From: Micropruina sp. | Lineage (GTDB): Bacteria; Actinomycetota; Actinomycetes; Propionibacteriales; Propionibacteriaceae | Direction of reading: 5' to 3' | Assembly (NCBI GenBank): GCA_039811845.1 | Contig: JBDHZN010000001.1 | Span: 1 to 60,259, forward strand | Length of the DNA: 60,259 nucleotides | Part shown: in pieces, positions 9,807 through 19,857 of the stretch | How positions within the stretch are numbered: position 1 is the stretch's first letter | Layout: every line of letters starts with the position of its first letter | Notes under the pieces: model-generated | Told to the model about the DNA's origin: nothing | What the model saw: only the letters and a program-made list of their open reading frames with translations | The model's database searches: none | Program-made: the position numbers and the translations under genes

Positions 9807-11921
9807 ATGCCTCGCAACCGCGCCTCGCGTTACGGCCGCTATGCCGGCGGCCCGGACCCGCTGGCGCCGCCGGTCGATCTGAGCGAGGCTCTGGCTCAGA
9901 TCGGCGACGACGTGATGGCCGGCTACAGCCCCGAGCATGCCCTGCGCGAGTACCTGCGCCGCGGCAGCTCTTCCCGTGAGGGGTTGGACGACCTGGCCCG
10001 CCGGGTGAACGCGCGCCGCCGCGACCTGCTCAGCCGCTACCGGATGGACGGCACCCTGCAGCAGGTTAAGGAACTGCTCGACCATGCGGTCGACGCCGAA
10101 CGGAAACAGTTGCTTCGCGACGCGATGATGGACGACGACGATCGTGCCTTCCGTGAGCTGCGGCTGGACAACTTGTCGCCCTCGACGGCCGCTGCGGTCA
10201 ACGAGCTCACCGACTACGACTGGGCATCCACCGAAGCCAGGCAGGACTACGAGAAGATCAAGGACCTGCTCGGACGCGAACTGCTCGACCAGCGGTTCGC
10301 CGGCATGAAGCAGGCCCTGGAGAACGCCACCGATTCCGACCGGGCGGCGATCAATGCGATGCTCGACGACCTCAACGAACTGCTCGATAAGCATCGCCGC
10401 GGTGCGGACACGCCCGACGACTTCGACGATTTCATGGCCAAGCACGGCGAGTTCTTCCCCGAGAATCCGCGCAACGTCGAGGAGCTGATCGACGCGCTGG
10501 CGCAGCGCGCGGCCGCCGCGCAGCGGCTGATGCGCTCGATGAGTGCCGAGCAACGCGAGGAACTGATGCGGCTCTCCGCGCAGGCGTTCGGATCGCCCGA
10601 GCTGATGGCGCAACTCGACCGGCTGGATTCCTCGCTGCAGGCGTTGCGGCCCGGCGAGAACTGGACGGGCGGCGAACAGTTCACCGGCGAGGAGGGGATG
10701 GGACTGGGCGACGGCACCGGCGTCCTGCAGGACCTCGCCGAGCTCGATTCGCTGGCCGAGCAGCTCGGCCAGAACTACGGCGGTGCCCGGCTCGACGACC
10801 TCGACCTGGACGCGTTGAACCGGCAGCTCGGCGCCGAGGCGGCGGTCAACGCTCGCACCCTGGCCGAACTGGAGAAGGCGCTGCGCGAGGGTGGCTTCCT
10901 GCGCCGCGACGGCTCCGGTGACCTGCGGCTGTCGCCGCAGGCGATGCGCCGACTGGGCAAGGCGCTGCTGGCGGAGGCCGCCAAGCAACTCTCCGGACGG
11001 CAGGGCAACCGGGACACCCGGCTGTCCGGGGCGGCCGGGGAGCCGACCGGGGCGTCCCGGCCGTGGCAGTTCGGCGACTCCGAACCTTGGGACGTCACCC
11101 GGACGATGCTGAACGCGGCGACCCGCGACCCCGGATCCGCGCGCACCGCACCTTTGCGTCCGACGGAGATCCCGGGTCAAGCCCGGGATGACGGAAGGTC
11201 GCTCAGCCCGCTCCCCGTCATCCCGGCGGACGCCGGGATCTCAGACCGGGCCGGAAGCGTCACCCCGCCGCGCTTCCGCATCCACCTGGACGACGTCGAG
11301 GTGATCGAGACCGAGGCGCGCACCTCGTCCGCGGTGGTGCTGCTGGTGGACACTTCGTTCTCGATGGCCGCCGAGGGCCGCTGGGTGCCGATGAAGCGGA
11401 CGGCGCTGGCGCTACACCACCTGGTCAGCACCCGGTTCCGCGGTGATCGGTTGGAGTTGATCAGCTTCGGGCGATGGGCGCAGTCGCGCGAGATCGCCGA
11501 CCTCACCGCGCTACCGCCGGTGCGCGAGCAGGGCACCAATCTGCATCATGCGCTGCTGCTGGCGAACCGGTTCTTTCGGAAGCATCCGTCGATGCAGCCG
11601 GTGCTGCTGGTAGTCACCGACGGCGAGCCGACCGCGCACCTGACCGGCGGCGGGGACGCCTGGTTCGACTGGCCGACCGCACCCGAGACGGTGGCGCTGA
11701 CCGTTGCCGAGTTGGACAAGGCGTCCCGGCTGGGTGCCGCACCGATCTTCTTCCGGCTCGGCGACGACCCAGGGCTGGAGCGGTTCCTCGGCCAATTGGC
11801 TCGACGCTCCGGTGGCCGGGTGGTGTCTCCGGACTTGGCCGATCTGGGCAGTGCGGTGGTCGGCGAGTATCTGACCGCCCGGTTCCGACGCGGGTGGGAC
11901 CTCGGCGACTGGCTGGAGTGA
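9807..11921 (+). CDS. VWA domain protein (Rv0959 type) with in-frame REP insertion
   Basis: MIDAS DTSFS, GTN, VTDGEPTAH; follows the AAA+ gene. Confidence 0.9.
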   Translation: MPRNRASRYGRYAGGPDPLAPPVDLSEALAQIGDDVMAGYSPEHALREYLRRGSSSREGLDDLARRVNARRRDLLSRYRMDGTLQQVKELLDHAVDAERKQLLRDAMMDDDDRAFRELRLDNLSPSTAAAVNELTDYDWASTEARQDYEKIKDLLGRELLDQRFAGMKQALENATDSDRAAINAMLDDLNELLDKHRRGADTPDDFDDFMAKHGEFFPENPRNVEELIDALAQRAAAAQRLMRSMSAEQREELMRLSAQAFGSPELMAQLDRLDSSLQALRPGENWTGGEQFTGEEGMGLGDGTGVLQDLAELDSLAEQLGQNYGGARLDDLDLDALNRQLGAEAAVNARTLAELEKALREGGFLRRDGSGDLRLSPQAMRRLGKALLAEAAKQLSGRQGNRDTRLSGAAGEPTGASRPWQFGDSEPWDVTRTMLNAATRDPGSARTAPLRPTEIPGQARDDGRSLSPLPVIPADAGISDRAGSVTPPRFRIHLDDVEVIETEARTSSAVVLLVDTSFSMAAEGRWVPMKRTALALHHLVSTRFRGDRLELISFGRWAQSREIADLTALPPVREQGTNLHHALLLANRFFRKHPSMQPVLLVVTDGEPTAHLTGGGDAWFDWPTAPETVALTVAELDKASRLGAAPIFFRLGDDPGLERFLGQLARRSGGRVVSPDLADLGSAVVGEYLTARFRRGWDLGDWLE

Positions 11922-11999
11922 CCGCGCCTGGGGTCTCGACAGGCTCGACCGACGAGAAGAGGACCGATCTCCTGCTCGTCAGCTTCGGGCGATGACGAT

Positions 12000-12692
12000 C
12001 TACAACGGCGCGAGCCCGGTGCGCAGGGCGAAGAGCACCAGTTGGACGCGGTCGCGCGCGTGGGTCTTGGCCATCAGGTTGCCCACGTGGGTCTTCACGG
12101 TCGGCATCGACAACCACAGCCGTTCGCAGATTTCGCGGTTGGTGAGCCCGCGGGCCACCAGATCGAGCACCTCACGCTCGCGGTTCGTCAGCCGGCGCAG
12201 CACGTCCAGATCGCCGCGACTCGGGGACGGCCCGCGCTCGGACGGCGACCGGAAGGCGGCGAACAGTCCTCGGGTGGGGCCGGGGGAGATGACCGCGTCG
12301 CCGCGGTGCGCGGTACGGATCGCTTCGATGAGGTCTGCCGGCGGGGTGTTCTTCAGCAGGAATCCGGCGGCTCCCGCCTCGACCGCCGTCAGCACGTACT
12401 CGTCCTCGCTGAACGTGGTCAACACCACGATCCGGGTGCGGACGCCGCCGGCGACGAGCCGGCGGGTCGCTTCGAGCCCATCCATCCCCGGCATCCGGAT
12501 GTCGAGCAGCAGCACGTCCGGCTCGTCCCGGGCGCAGCGTCGCAGTGCGTCGGCGCCGTCGATCGCCTGCCAGCTCACCCGCAAGTCGGGCTGGGCGTCC
12601 AGGATCATGGCGAGCCCGGCGGTGAACAGCGGCTCGTCGTCGGCGAGCCCGACGCTGATCGTGCCGCCGGCCTGTCCGCCGGCGGTGTTCAT
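12000..12692 (-). CDS. NarL/LuxR-family response regulator
   Basis: ADDEPL, LLDIRMPGMDG, LTNREREVL..TVKTHV. Confidence 0.92.
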   Translation of the reverse strand: MNTAGGQAGGTISVGLADDEPLFTAGLAMILDAQPDLRVSWQAIDGADALRRCARDEPDVLLLDIRMPGMDGLEATRRLVAGGVRTRIVVLTTFSEDEYVLTAVEAGAAGFLLKNTPPADLIEAIRTAHRGDAVISPGPTRGLFAAFRSPSERGPSPSRGDLDVLRRLTNREREVLDLVARGLTNREICERLWLSMPTVKTHVGNLMAKTHARDRVQLVLFALRTGLAPL

Positions 12693-13945
12693 GTGCGGCT
12701 CCAGGGCAGTCGGACGGCGACCCGCCACCCTCCGGTGACGAAGTCCGGGCCGGCCACCGCGGTGCCGCCCAGGGCGCGAGCGCGTTCGCGGATGCCGATC
12801 AGGCCGTGTCCTGCCGCGCCACCCGGGCCCTGGCGTCCGGTCCTCGCCGGGGCGGCATCCGGCCGGACCGGACTCCCGGCGCCGTTGAGGATCAGCAGCG
12901 CCACCGCGTCCGGTTCGATCCCGATCTGCACCAGCACCGGTGCGCCCGGGGTGTGCGCCGCGGCGTTGGTCAGCGCCTCCTGGACGATCCGGTAGCCGGC
13001 CGTTCCGACGGGCCCGGGAACACTTCGCGGATCACCGTCGACGCGCAGCCGGATGTCGGTGCCGGCCGCGCGCAGGTCCGCCACCAGCCCCGTGACGTCG
13101 GCCAGCACCGGCGGTGGCCGCCGGGCGGCGACCGTGGTGTCCTCGTCGGCTCGCAGCACGTCGATCACTCCGCGCACCTCGTCGACCGCGGAGCGGCTGA
13201 GCCTGCCGATGTCCGCCAGTGCCTGATCGGCGCGGTCCGGATCGCTGCGCAGCACGGCGCGTGCACCCTCGGCCTGGGCGGCGACCACATTCAGCGAATG
13301 CCCGAGGATGTCGTGCATCTCGCGCGCGATACGGCTGCGTTCCTCGGCCGCGGCGAGCCGGCGTTCGGCGGCCCAGCGCGCCTCGATGGTCCGGGTGCGC
13401 TCCAGCGCATCCTCCACCCGCTCCCGGTTCCGCCGCCGGATCGCCCCGACCAGCACGGCCACGGTCAACCCCAGCCAGGCCGACAGCGTCGAGTTGATCC
13501 GGAACTCCCAGGACCGGTCCAGCCCGACCACCGGTCCGTCCGAGAGCAGCACGGCCACAGCCACCCCGGCATAGAGCAGCGCCAGGAAGATCCACCGCCA
13601 CGGCGGCTCCAGCCGGGACTGGATGGTGAACGCCGCGATCAGGCAGACCAGACCGGCGAACGCGCTGACGTCGCCGACTGCCACCAGGTGTGCCACGAGC
13701 AGCGCGGCGATCACCGCCAGGCTGGCGCGTGGGTACACCCGGCGCACCACCAGCGCGGCACAACAGCCGATCACCACCAGCCCGTAGACAGCCTGTGGCG
13801 CCGACGACAACGACGCGCCCGGCCAACTCGGCAGGCCGAGCACGGCCAGCAGGATCGCGACGGCCGAATCCGTCACAACCGGGTGGCGGCCCACGAAGCC
13901 GAGCGTTCGATCGAACGGCGACGTGGAGGGTGCGGCAGCATGCAT
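12689..13945 (-). CDS. Membrane sensor histidine kinase (HisKA_3)
   Basis: Several TM helices, ERSRIAREMHDILGHSL, QEALTN, GHGLIGIRER; ATGA overlap with the regulator. Confidence 0.9.
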   Translation of the reverse strand: MHAAAPSTSPFDRTLGFVGRHPVVTDSAVAILLAVLGLPSWPGASLSSAPQAVYGLVVIGCCAALVVRRVYPRASLAVIAALLVAHLVAVGDVSAFAGLVCLIAAFTIQSRLEPPWRWIFLALLYAGVAVAVLLSDGPVVGLDRSWEFRINSTLSAWLGLTVAVLVGAIRRRNRERVEDALERTRTIEARWAAERRLAAAEERSRIAREMHDILGHSLNVVAAQAEGARAVLRSDPDRADQALADIGRLSRSAVDEVRGVIDVLRADEDTTVAARRPPPVLADVTGLVADLRAAGTDIRLRVDGDPRSVPGPVGTAGYRIVQEALTNAAAHTPGAPVLVQIGIEPDAVALLILNGAGSPVRPDAAPARTGRQGPGGAAGHGLIGIRERARALGGTAVAGPDFVTGGWRVAVRLPWSRT

Positions 13946-13983
13946 GACTCCCATAGTGATAGTCGATTCCGAGCGTCCGGACC

Positions 13984-14023
13984 TCATGCCGGGGTATGAA
14001 CTCCGGTCCGTGCCGGGGCACGA
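13984..14023. promoter_or_regulatory. Putative response-regulator binding sites
   Basis: Two related 16-mers tcatgccggggtatga and ccgtgccggggcacga, 24 bp apart, in the divergent kinase/ABC promoter. Confidence 0.5.
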
Positions 14024-14059
14024 TCCGCGCGCCGTCCGACGATTGGAATCGTGGATGAC

Positions 14060-14986
14060 ATGAACGACGTCATCACCACCGACGGCCTCAGCAAGGAGTT
14101 CAAGGGCCAGCTCGCGGTCGACGGGCTCGACCTGCGGGTGCCGCAGGGTGCGGTCTACGGCTTCCTCGGTCCGAACGGTTCCGGCAAGTCCACCACCATG
14201 AAGATGTTGCTGGGCCTCACTCAACCGACCGCGGGGCGGATCAGCCTGTTCGGTGAGCCGCTCACCCGGGCGTCGCGGGCCGCCCTGCTGCCCGCGATCG
14301 GCTCGATGATCGAGGCACCGCCGGGCTACGGCCATCTCACCGGACGGGAGAACCTGCGCGTGGTGCAGGACATGCTCGGGTTGACCGACGCCCAGGTGGA
14401 CCGGGCGCTGGAGACCGTCCGGCTCACCGACAACCAGCACAAGCTCGTCCGGAACTACTCGTTGGGCATGAAGCAGCGGCTCGGGATCGCGATGGCGCTG
14501 GCCCGCGAACCACGGCTGCTGATCCTGGACGAGCCGACCAATGGCCTCGACCCGGCCGGCATCGAGGAGATCCGGACGCTGCTGCAGCAACTCGCGCAGC
14601 AGGACATCACCGTGATGGTCTCCAGCCATCTGCTCGACGAGATCGACAAGATGGCGACCGTGCTCGGCATCCTGTCGAACGGCCGGCTGATCTTCCAGGG
14701 CAGCCGCGAGGAACTCTTCGAGCACTCGATTCCGGATCTGCTGGTCGACACCCCCGATCCGGCGGCGGCGCTGCGCGTGCTCACCGATCAGACCCGGGCG
14801 ATTCCCAACGAGGGCTATGCCGCGTCCCCCGCGGGGTTACGGTTCAGCGGTGTCGACCGGGACGAGGGCGCGGAACTGATCCGCCGGCTCGCCGTGGCCG
14901 GCGTGCCGGTCTATGAGGTGCGGCGGTTGCAGCAGAGCCTGGAGGAGGTCTTCATGGACCTGACCGGACGTGGAGCGCTGCGGTGA
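14060..14986 (+). CDS. ABC transporter ATP-binding protein (LanF/BcrA-like)
   Basis: GPNGSGKST, IEAP (E-loop), YSLGMKQRLG, LDEPTNGLDP; alternative GTG start at 14051. Confidence 0.9.
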   Translation: MNDVITTDGLSKEFKGQLAVDGLDLRVPQGAVYGFLGPNGSGKSTTMKMLLGLTQPTAGRISLFGEPLTRASRAALLPAIGSMIEAPPGYGHLTGRENLRVVQDMLGLTDAQVDRALETVRLTDNQHKLVRNYSLGMKQRLGIAMALAREPRLLILDEPTNGLDPAGIEEIRTLLQQLAQQDITVMVSSHLLDEIDKMATVLGILSNGRLIFQGSREELFEHSIPDLLVDTPDPAAALRVLTDQTRAIPNEGYAASPAGLRFSGVDRDEGAELIRRLAVAGVPVYEVRRLQQSLEEVFMDLTGRGALR

Positions 14987-15735
14987 CCCGGGCGATCCGG
15001 CTGGAGGTGCGCAAGCTGCGCCGGCTGCGGCAGCTACCGGTGCTGCTTGCCCTGATCGTCGCGGTGGCGGCGCTGAGCAGCGTGTCGCTGTTCTCGTCCG
15101 CGGCGCAGCAGGACTTCGACAACCCCGCCGCACTGCCCTGGGAATCACTGCTGATGTCGTACACGATGATGGCGGCGATGACCTCTCCGATCCTGACCGC
15201 GGTGCTGGCCAGCCGGCAGACCGACATCGAACACGCGGCCAGTGGCTGGATCCTGGCCGGCACCGCGGGGTTCACCCCGGGCACGCTGGTGCGGGCGAAG
15301 CAGGCGATGCTCAGCATCCTGGTGGCCGCCGGGGTGGCGCTGCAGACGGCGATGGTCGTCGGGATGGGGTTCGCACTCGGCATCCAGGTGCCGTTCGACC
15401 CCGGACCTTGGCTCGGCTACACCGCGCTGTTGGCGCTGATCAACGCCGCTCTGCTCGCCCTGCACACCATGCTGGCAGCGACGCTGGAGAACCAGCTGGT
15501 AGGCGTCGGGATCGGGATGTTCGGGGCGTTCATCGGAGTCTTCTCGCTGCTGATCCCGCCGGCCATAACCCGGTTCATTCCCTGGGGGTACTACGCGATG
15601 ATCTCGCAAGTCACCTACACCGACCGCGCCCTCGTCCGGATCACCCCGCCGTACGCCTGGATCGCCGGCTTCCTGGTGCTGGTCGGCGTCCTGTTCGCGC
15701 TGGCCACCCGCCGCTTCGACCGAATCGAGGGCTGA
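14983..15735 (+). CDS. ABC-2 permease (LanE-like)
   Basis: About 6 TM helices, EVRKLRR N-terminus, PWGYY. Confidence 0.8.
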   Translation: MTRAIRLEVRKLRRLRQLPVLLALIVAVAALSSVSLFSSAAQQDFDNPAALPWESLLMSYTMMAAMTSPILTAVLASRQTDIEHAASGWILAGTAGFTPGTLVRAKQAMLSILVAAGVALQTAMVVGMGFALGIQVPFDPGPWLGYTALLALINAALLALHTMLAATLENQLVGVGIGMFGAFIGVFSLLIPPAITRFIPWGYYAMISQVTYTDRALVRITPPYAWIAGFLVLVGVLFALATRRFDRIEG

Positions 15736-15738
15736 GAA

Positions 15739-16485
15739 GTGTTCCGTGCAGAACTCGTCAAACTGAAGCGGTCGGCCGTCTGGGCCATCGCCCCGATCCT
15801 GCCGCTGATGGCGGTGTTCACGGGCACCATGAACGTGCTCGGCAACCGACAGGTGCTGGACAGCGGCTGGGCCTCGCTCACCTCGCAGGTCACCCTGTTC
15901 TACGGCCTGATGTTCTTCTCGATCGGCGTCGGTCTGCTGGCCGCCACCGCGTGGCGCGCCGAGCATCGGGGCGGCAACTGGAATCTGCTGGTGACCACGA
16001 CCCGCCGGCCGGTGCTTCTGGTGGCGGCCAAGATTGCGGCGATCGCCGTGCCGATCGCGTTCATGCAGGTGGTGCTGGTCGGCGGCACGCTGGCCGCCGG
16101 GCTGTTGGTGCTGCGGCTCGACGGGCCGATCCCCTGGGAGTTCGCCGGGGCATGTGCGCTCGCCGTGCTGATCGCGCTGCCGCTGGTCGCTGTGCAGTCG
16201 CTGTTGTCGATGCTGCTGCGATCGTTCGCCGCACCGGTCGCGCTCTGTCTGGCGGGCTGTGTGGTCGGCCTGGCCACGGTGCTCTCCGAAGCCTTCCGCC
16301 CGCTCAGCTACCTGGTGCCTCAGGCGCTCAACACCCAAGCGCTCAGCCTGGGCTCGAATGCGCTGGCCGGTGCCGGCGGTCTCGGCCCGGCGGACGTTCT
16401 GCCGCTGCTCGGGTCGGCGACGGTGCTGACCGGGCTTGCCGTCCTGCTGAGTGTGTGGGCGGTGCGTGCGGTGAAACTCCGCTGA
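15739..16485 (+). CDS. ABC-2 permease (LanG-like)
   Basis: AELVKLKRS, EHRGGNW, about 6 TM helices. Confidence 0.8.
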   Translation: MFRAELVKLKRSAVWAIAPILPLMAVFTGTMNVLGNRQVLDSGWASLTSQVTLFYGLMFFSIGVGLLAATAWRAEHRGGNWNLLVTTTRRPVLLVAAKIAAIAVPIAFMQVVLVGGTLAAGLLVLRLDGPIPWEFAGACALAVLIALPLVAVQSLLSMLLRSFAAPVALCLAGCVVGLATVLSEAFRPLSYLVPQALNTQALSLGSNALAGAGGLGPADVLPLLGSATVLTGLAVLLSVWAVRAVKLR

Positions 16486-16594
16486 GGAAGCGCTGATCAT
16501 TCACGTCATCCCGGGCTCCGACCCGGGATCTCAGGCGGGGAGAGATCCCGGATCAAGTCCGGGATGACGATGGAGAGGCTTGATCGGTGTTTCC
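16486..16594. mobile_element. MITE-like element with terminal inverted repeats enclosing a family B REP pair
   Basis: ggaagcgctgatca (16486-16499) and tgatcggtgtttcc (16581-16594). Confidence 0.55.
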
Positions 16595-16778
16595 CAAGCG
16601 GTCGACTGCCGTTGGTTGAGCTTGTCGAAACCGTCGCGTCCTGACTGGCCTGCCGGTTCCTGGTCGGACGTGGCATGTCACGGCGGTGAGAAGCGCTACC
16701 GGGCGGCGGGTGAACGCGACAGACTGGCACTCCGCGCGGCGAGGCCGCGGGCAACGCGAGCACAAGGGAGTGAGGGAC

Positions 16779-17795
16779 GTGGTGAAGGTATTGGTCGCCG
16801 GGGATCGATTCATCCTGCCGGAGATCCTGCTGGAGGCGTTGGCCCGGCATGTCCCGGACGCCGAAACGACGATCATCAAGGGCAGTTGGCCGGTTACGCC
16901 GTTCGCCGACATCGGCGAAGTGCACGAGGCCGAGGGCGACGAGGACGAACTGATCCGCGCGCTGAAGGGCTGCGAGGTCGCCTTCGTCCACGCCTCCCCG
17001 TTCACCGAGAAGGTGATCGCCGCGGCCACCCCGACGTTGAAGCTGATCACCGTCGGACGGGGCGGCCCGGTCAACATCAACCTGGACGCCGCCAAGAAGC
17101 ACGGCGTGACGGTGTCCAACGCGCCGGGGCGCAACGCCACCGCGACCGCCGAGCACAGCGTGGCGATGATCCTCGCCTCGGTGCGGCAACTGGTCGACCG
17201 GCACAACGAGTTGGTGGCCGGTGATTGGCGGGGCGACTACTACGCCTACGAGAACGTCGCGCCCGAGGTGCGTGGCTCGACCGTCGGGCTGATCGGCTAC
17301 GGCGCGATCGGTTCGCGGGTGGCCCGGACGCTGCACGCGATGGGCGCCGAGGTGCTCGCCTACGACCCTTACGTGGACGCCGCCGACATGCCGGACGCCA
17401 CCAAGCTCGACGACCTGGACGAGCTGCTGCGGCGCTCCACCATCCTGACCTTGCACCCGCGGCTGAACGACGAGACTCGGGGCATGATCGGGCGTGACCA
17501 GTTGGCGCTGCTGCCCGAAGGGGCGATCGTGGTGAACTGCTCGCGTCCGCCCGTCCTCGACTACGACGCGCTCGCGGACGCCCTCGACTCCGGCCACCTG
17601 TACGCCGCCGCAGCGGACGTACTGCCGTCCGAGCCGTTGCCGTCCGGTCATCGGCTGTTGCGGACGCCGCGGCTGATCGTCACCCCGCATCTGGCCGGCG
17701 CCAGCCGGGAATCCGCCCAGTTGGCCGCCGAACTCGGCGCCGCCGACATCGCCCGCTGGCTGGCCGGTGAGCCGCTGAAGTATGCGCTGACCTGA
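16779..17795 (+). CDS. D-isomer-specific 2-hydroxyacid dehydrogenase (SerA-like)
   Basis: NAPGRNA, GLIGYGAIG, VTPHLAGAS. Confidence 0.9.
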   Translation: MVKVLVAGDRFILPEILLEALARHVPDAETTIIKGSWPVTPFADIGEVHEAEGDEDELIRALKGCEVAFVHASPFTEKVIAAATPTLKLITVGRGGPVNINLDAAKKHGVTVSNAPGRNATATAEHSVAMILASVRQLVDRHNELVAGDWRGDYYAYENVAPEVRGSTVGLIGYGAIGSRVARTLHAMGAEVLAYDPYVDAADMPDATKLDDLDELLRRSTILTLHPRLNDETRGMIGRDQLALLPEGAIVVNCSRPPVLDYDALADALDSGHLYAAAADVLPSEPLPSGHRLLRTPRLIVTPHLAGASRESAQLAAELGAADIARWLAGEPLKYALT

Positions 17796-19304
<1,509 letters not shown>

Positions 19305-19444
19305 CCAGGCCTGATACGACGCGAGGCCGGCGGGCTTCACTGCGACTGGTCGGGTCGGGAGTCGATGGCGGTTTGCAGGGCGGCAGTGGCGCCGGCTGGT
19401 GTCAGTCAGTTGAGGCGTCCGCCATGAGCGGCGCCCGGCATGCG

Positions 19445-19590
19445 GAGAGCCGGGCCTTGGACGCTCCTCCTGCGTCCTGACCCGGCTCGATCCGTCTTCC
19501 CGCACTGAGCAGTTCCCCCCGGCCGTTTCCGCGTCCCCCCGAACGCGGTCCCGGCTCTTGCTCTGGTGCGGTTGGCCCCCCGACCTGAGA
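19445..19590 (+). ncRNA. Candidate 6C-like small RNA
   Basis: Three exact CCCCCC runs (19515, 19535, 19576) in loops or bulges plus a UCCUCCU-loop hairpin; G-U pairs favour the + strand. Confidence 0.45.
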
Positions 19591-19739
19591 AGAACTTTGC
19601 CGTACCGTCCTCAACGGTTTGTAAAAGCAACCTCAAGGCCCGCCCAAGATCCGGTGGGGATCGTTCCGGTTAGGCGGGTACGAGCGTTTGCGGGTGCTGA
19701 GATCCCGGCGTTCGCCGGATGACCACAGCGCGTCACGCC

Positions 19740-19853
19740 GGTCTCGCACCTCCGGGGACGGTTCTTCGGCGTGCGATTTTCGAATGTGGAAGAACCGTCC
19801 CCGGGCGTGCGATTTTCGAATGTGGAAGAACCGTCCCCGGAGGTGCGAAGACC
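19740..19853. repeat. REP family C element (GGGGACGGTTCT/AGAACCGTCCCC) with a 36-bp perfect tandem duplication
   Basis: 19768-19803 equals 19804-19839; long inverted arms. Confidence 0.8.
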
Positions 19854-19857
19854 CTGG

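Noticed and set aside
12689-14725. 678-aa version of the histidine kinase
   Set aside because: The N-terminal extension is antisense to the ABC ATPase gene; the real start is near 13945
19768-19839. 36-bp direct repeat of CRISPR-like length
   Set aside because: Only two copies, with no spacer; part of REP family C
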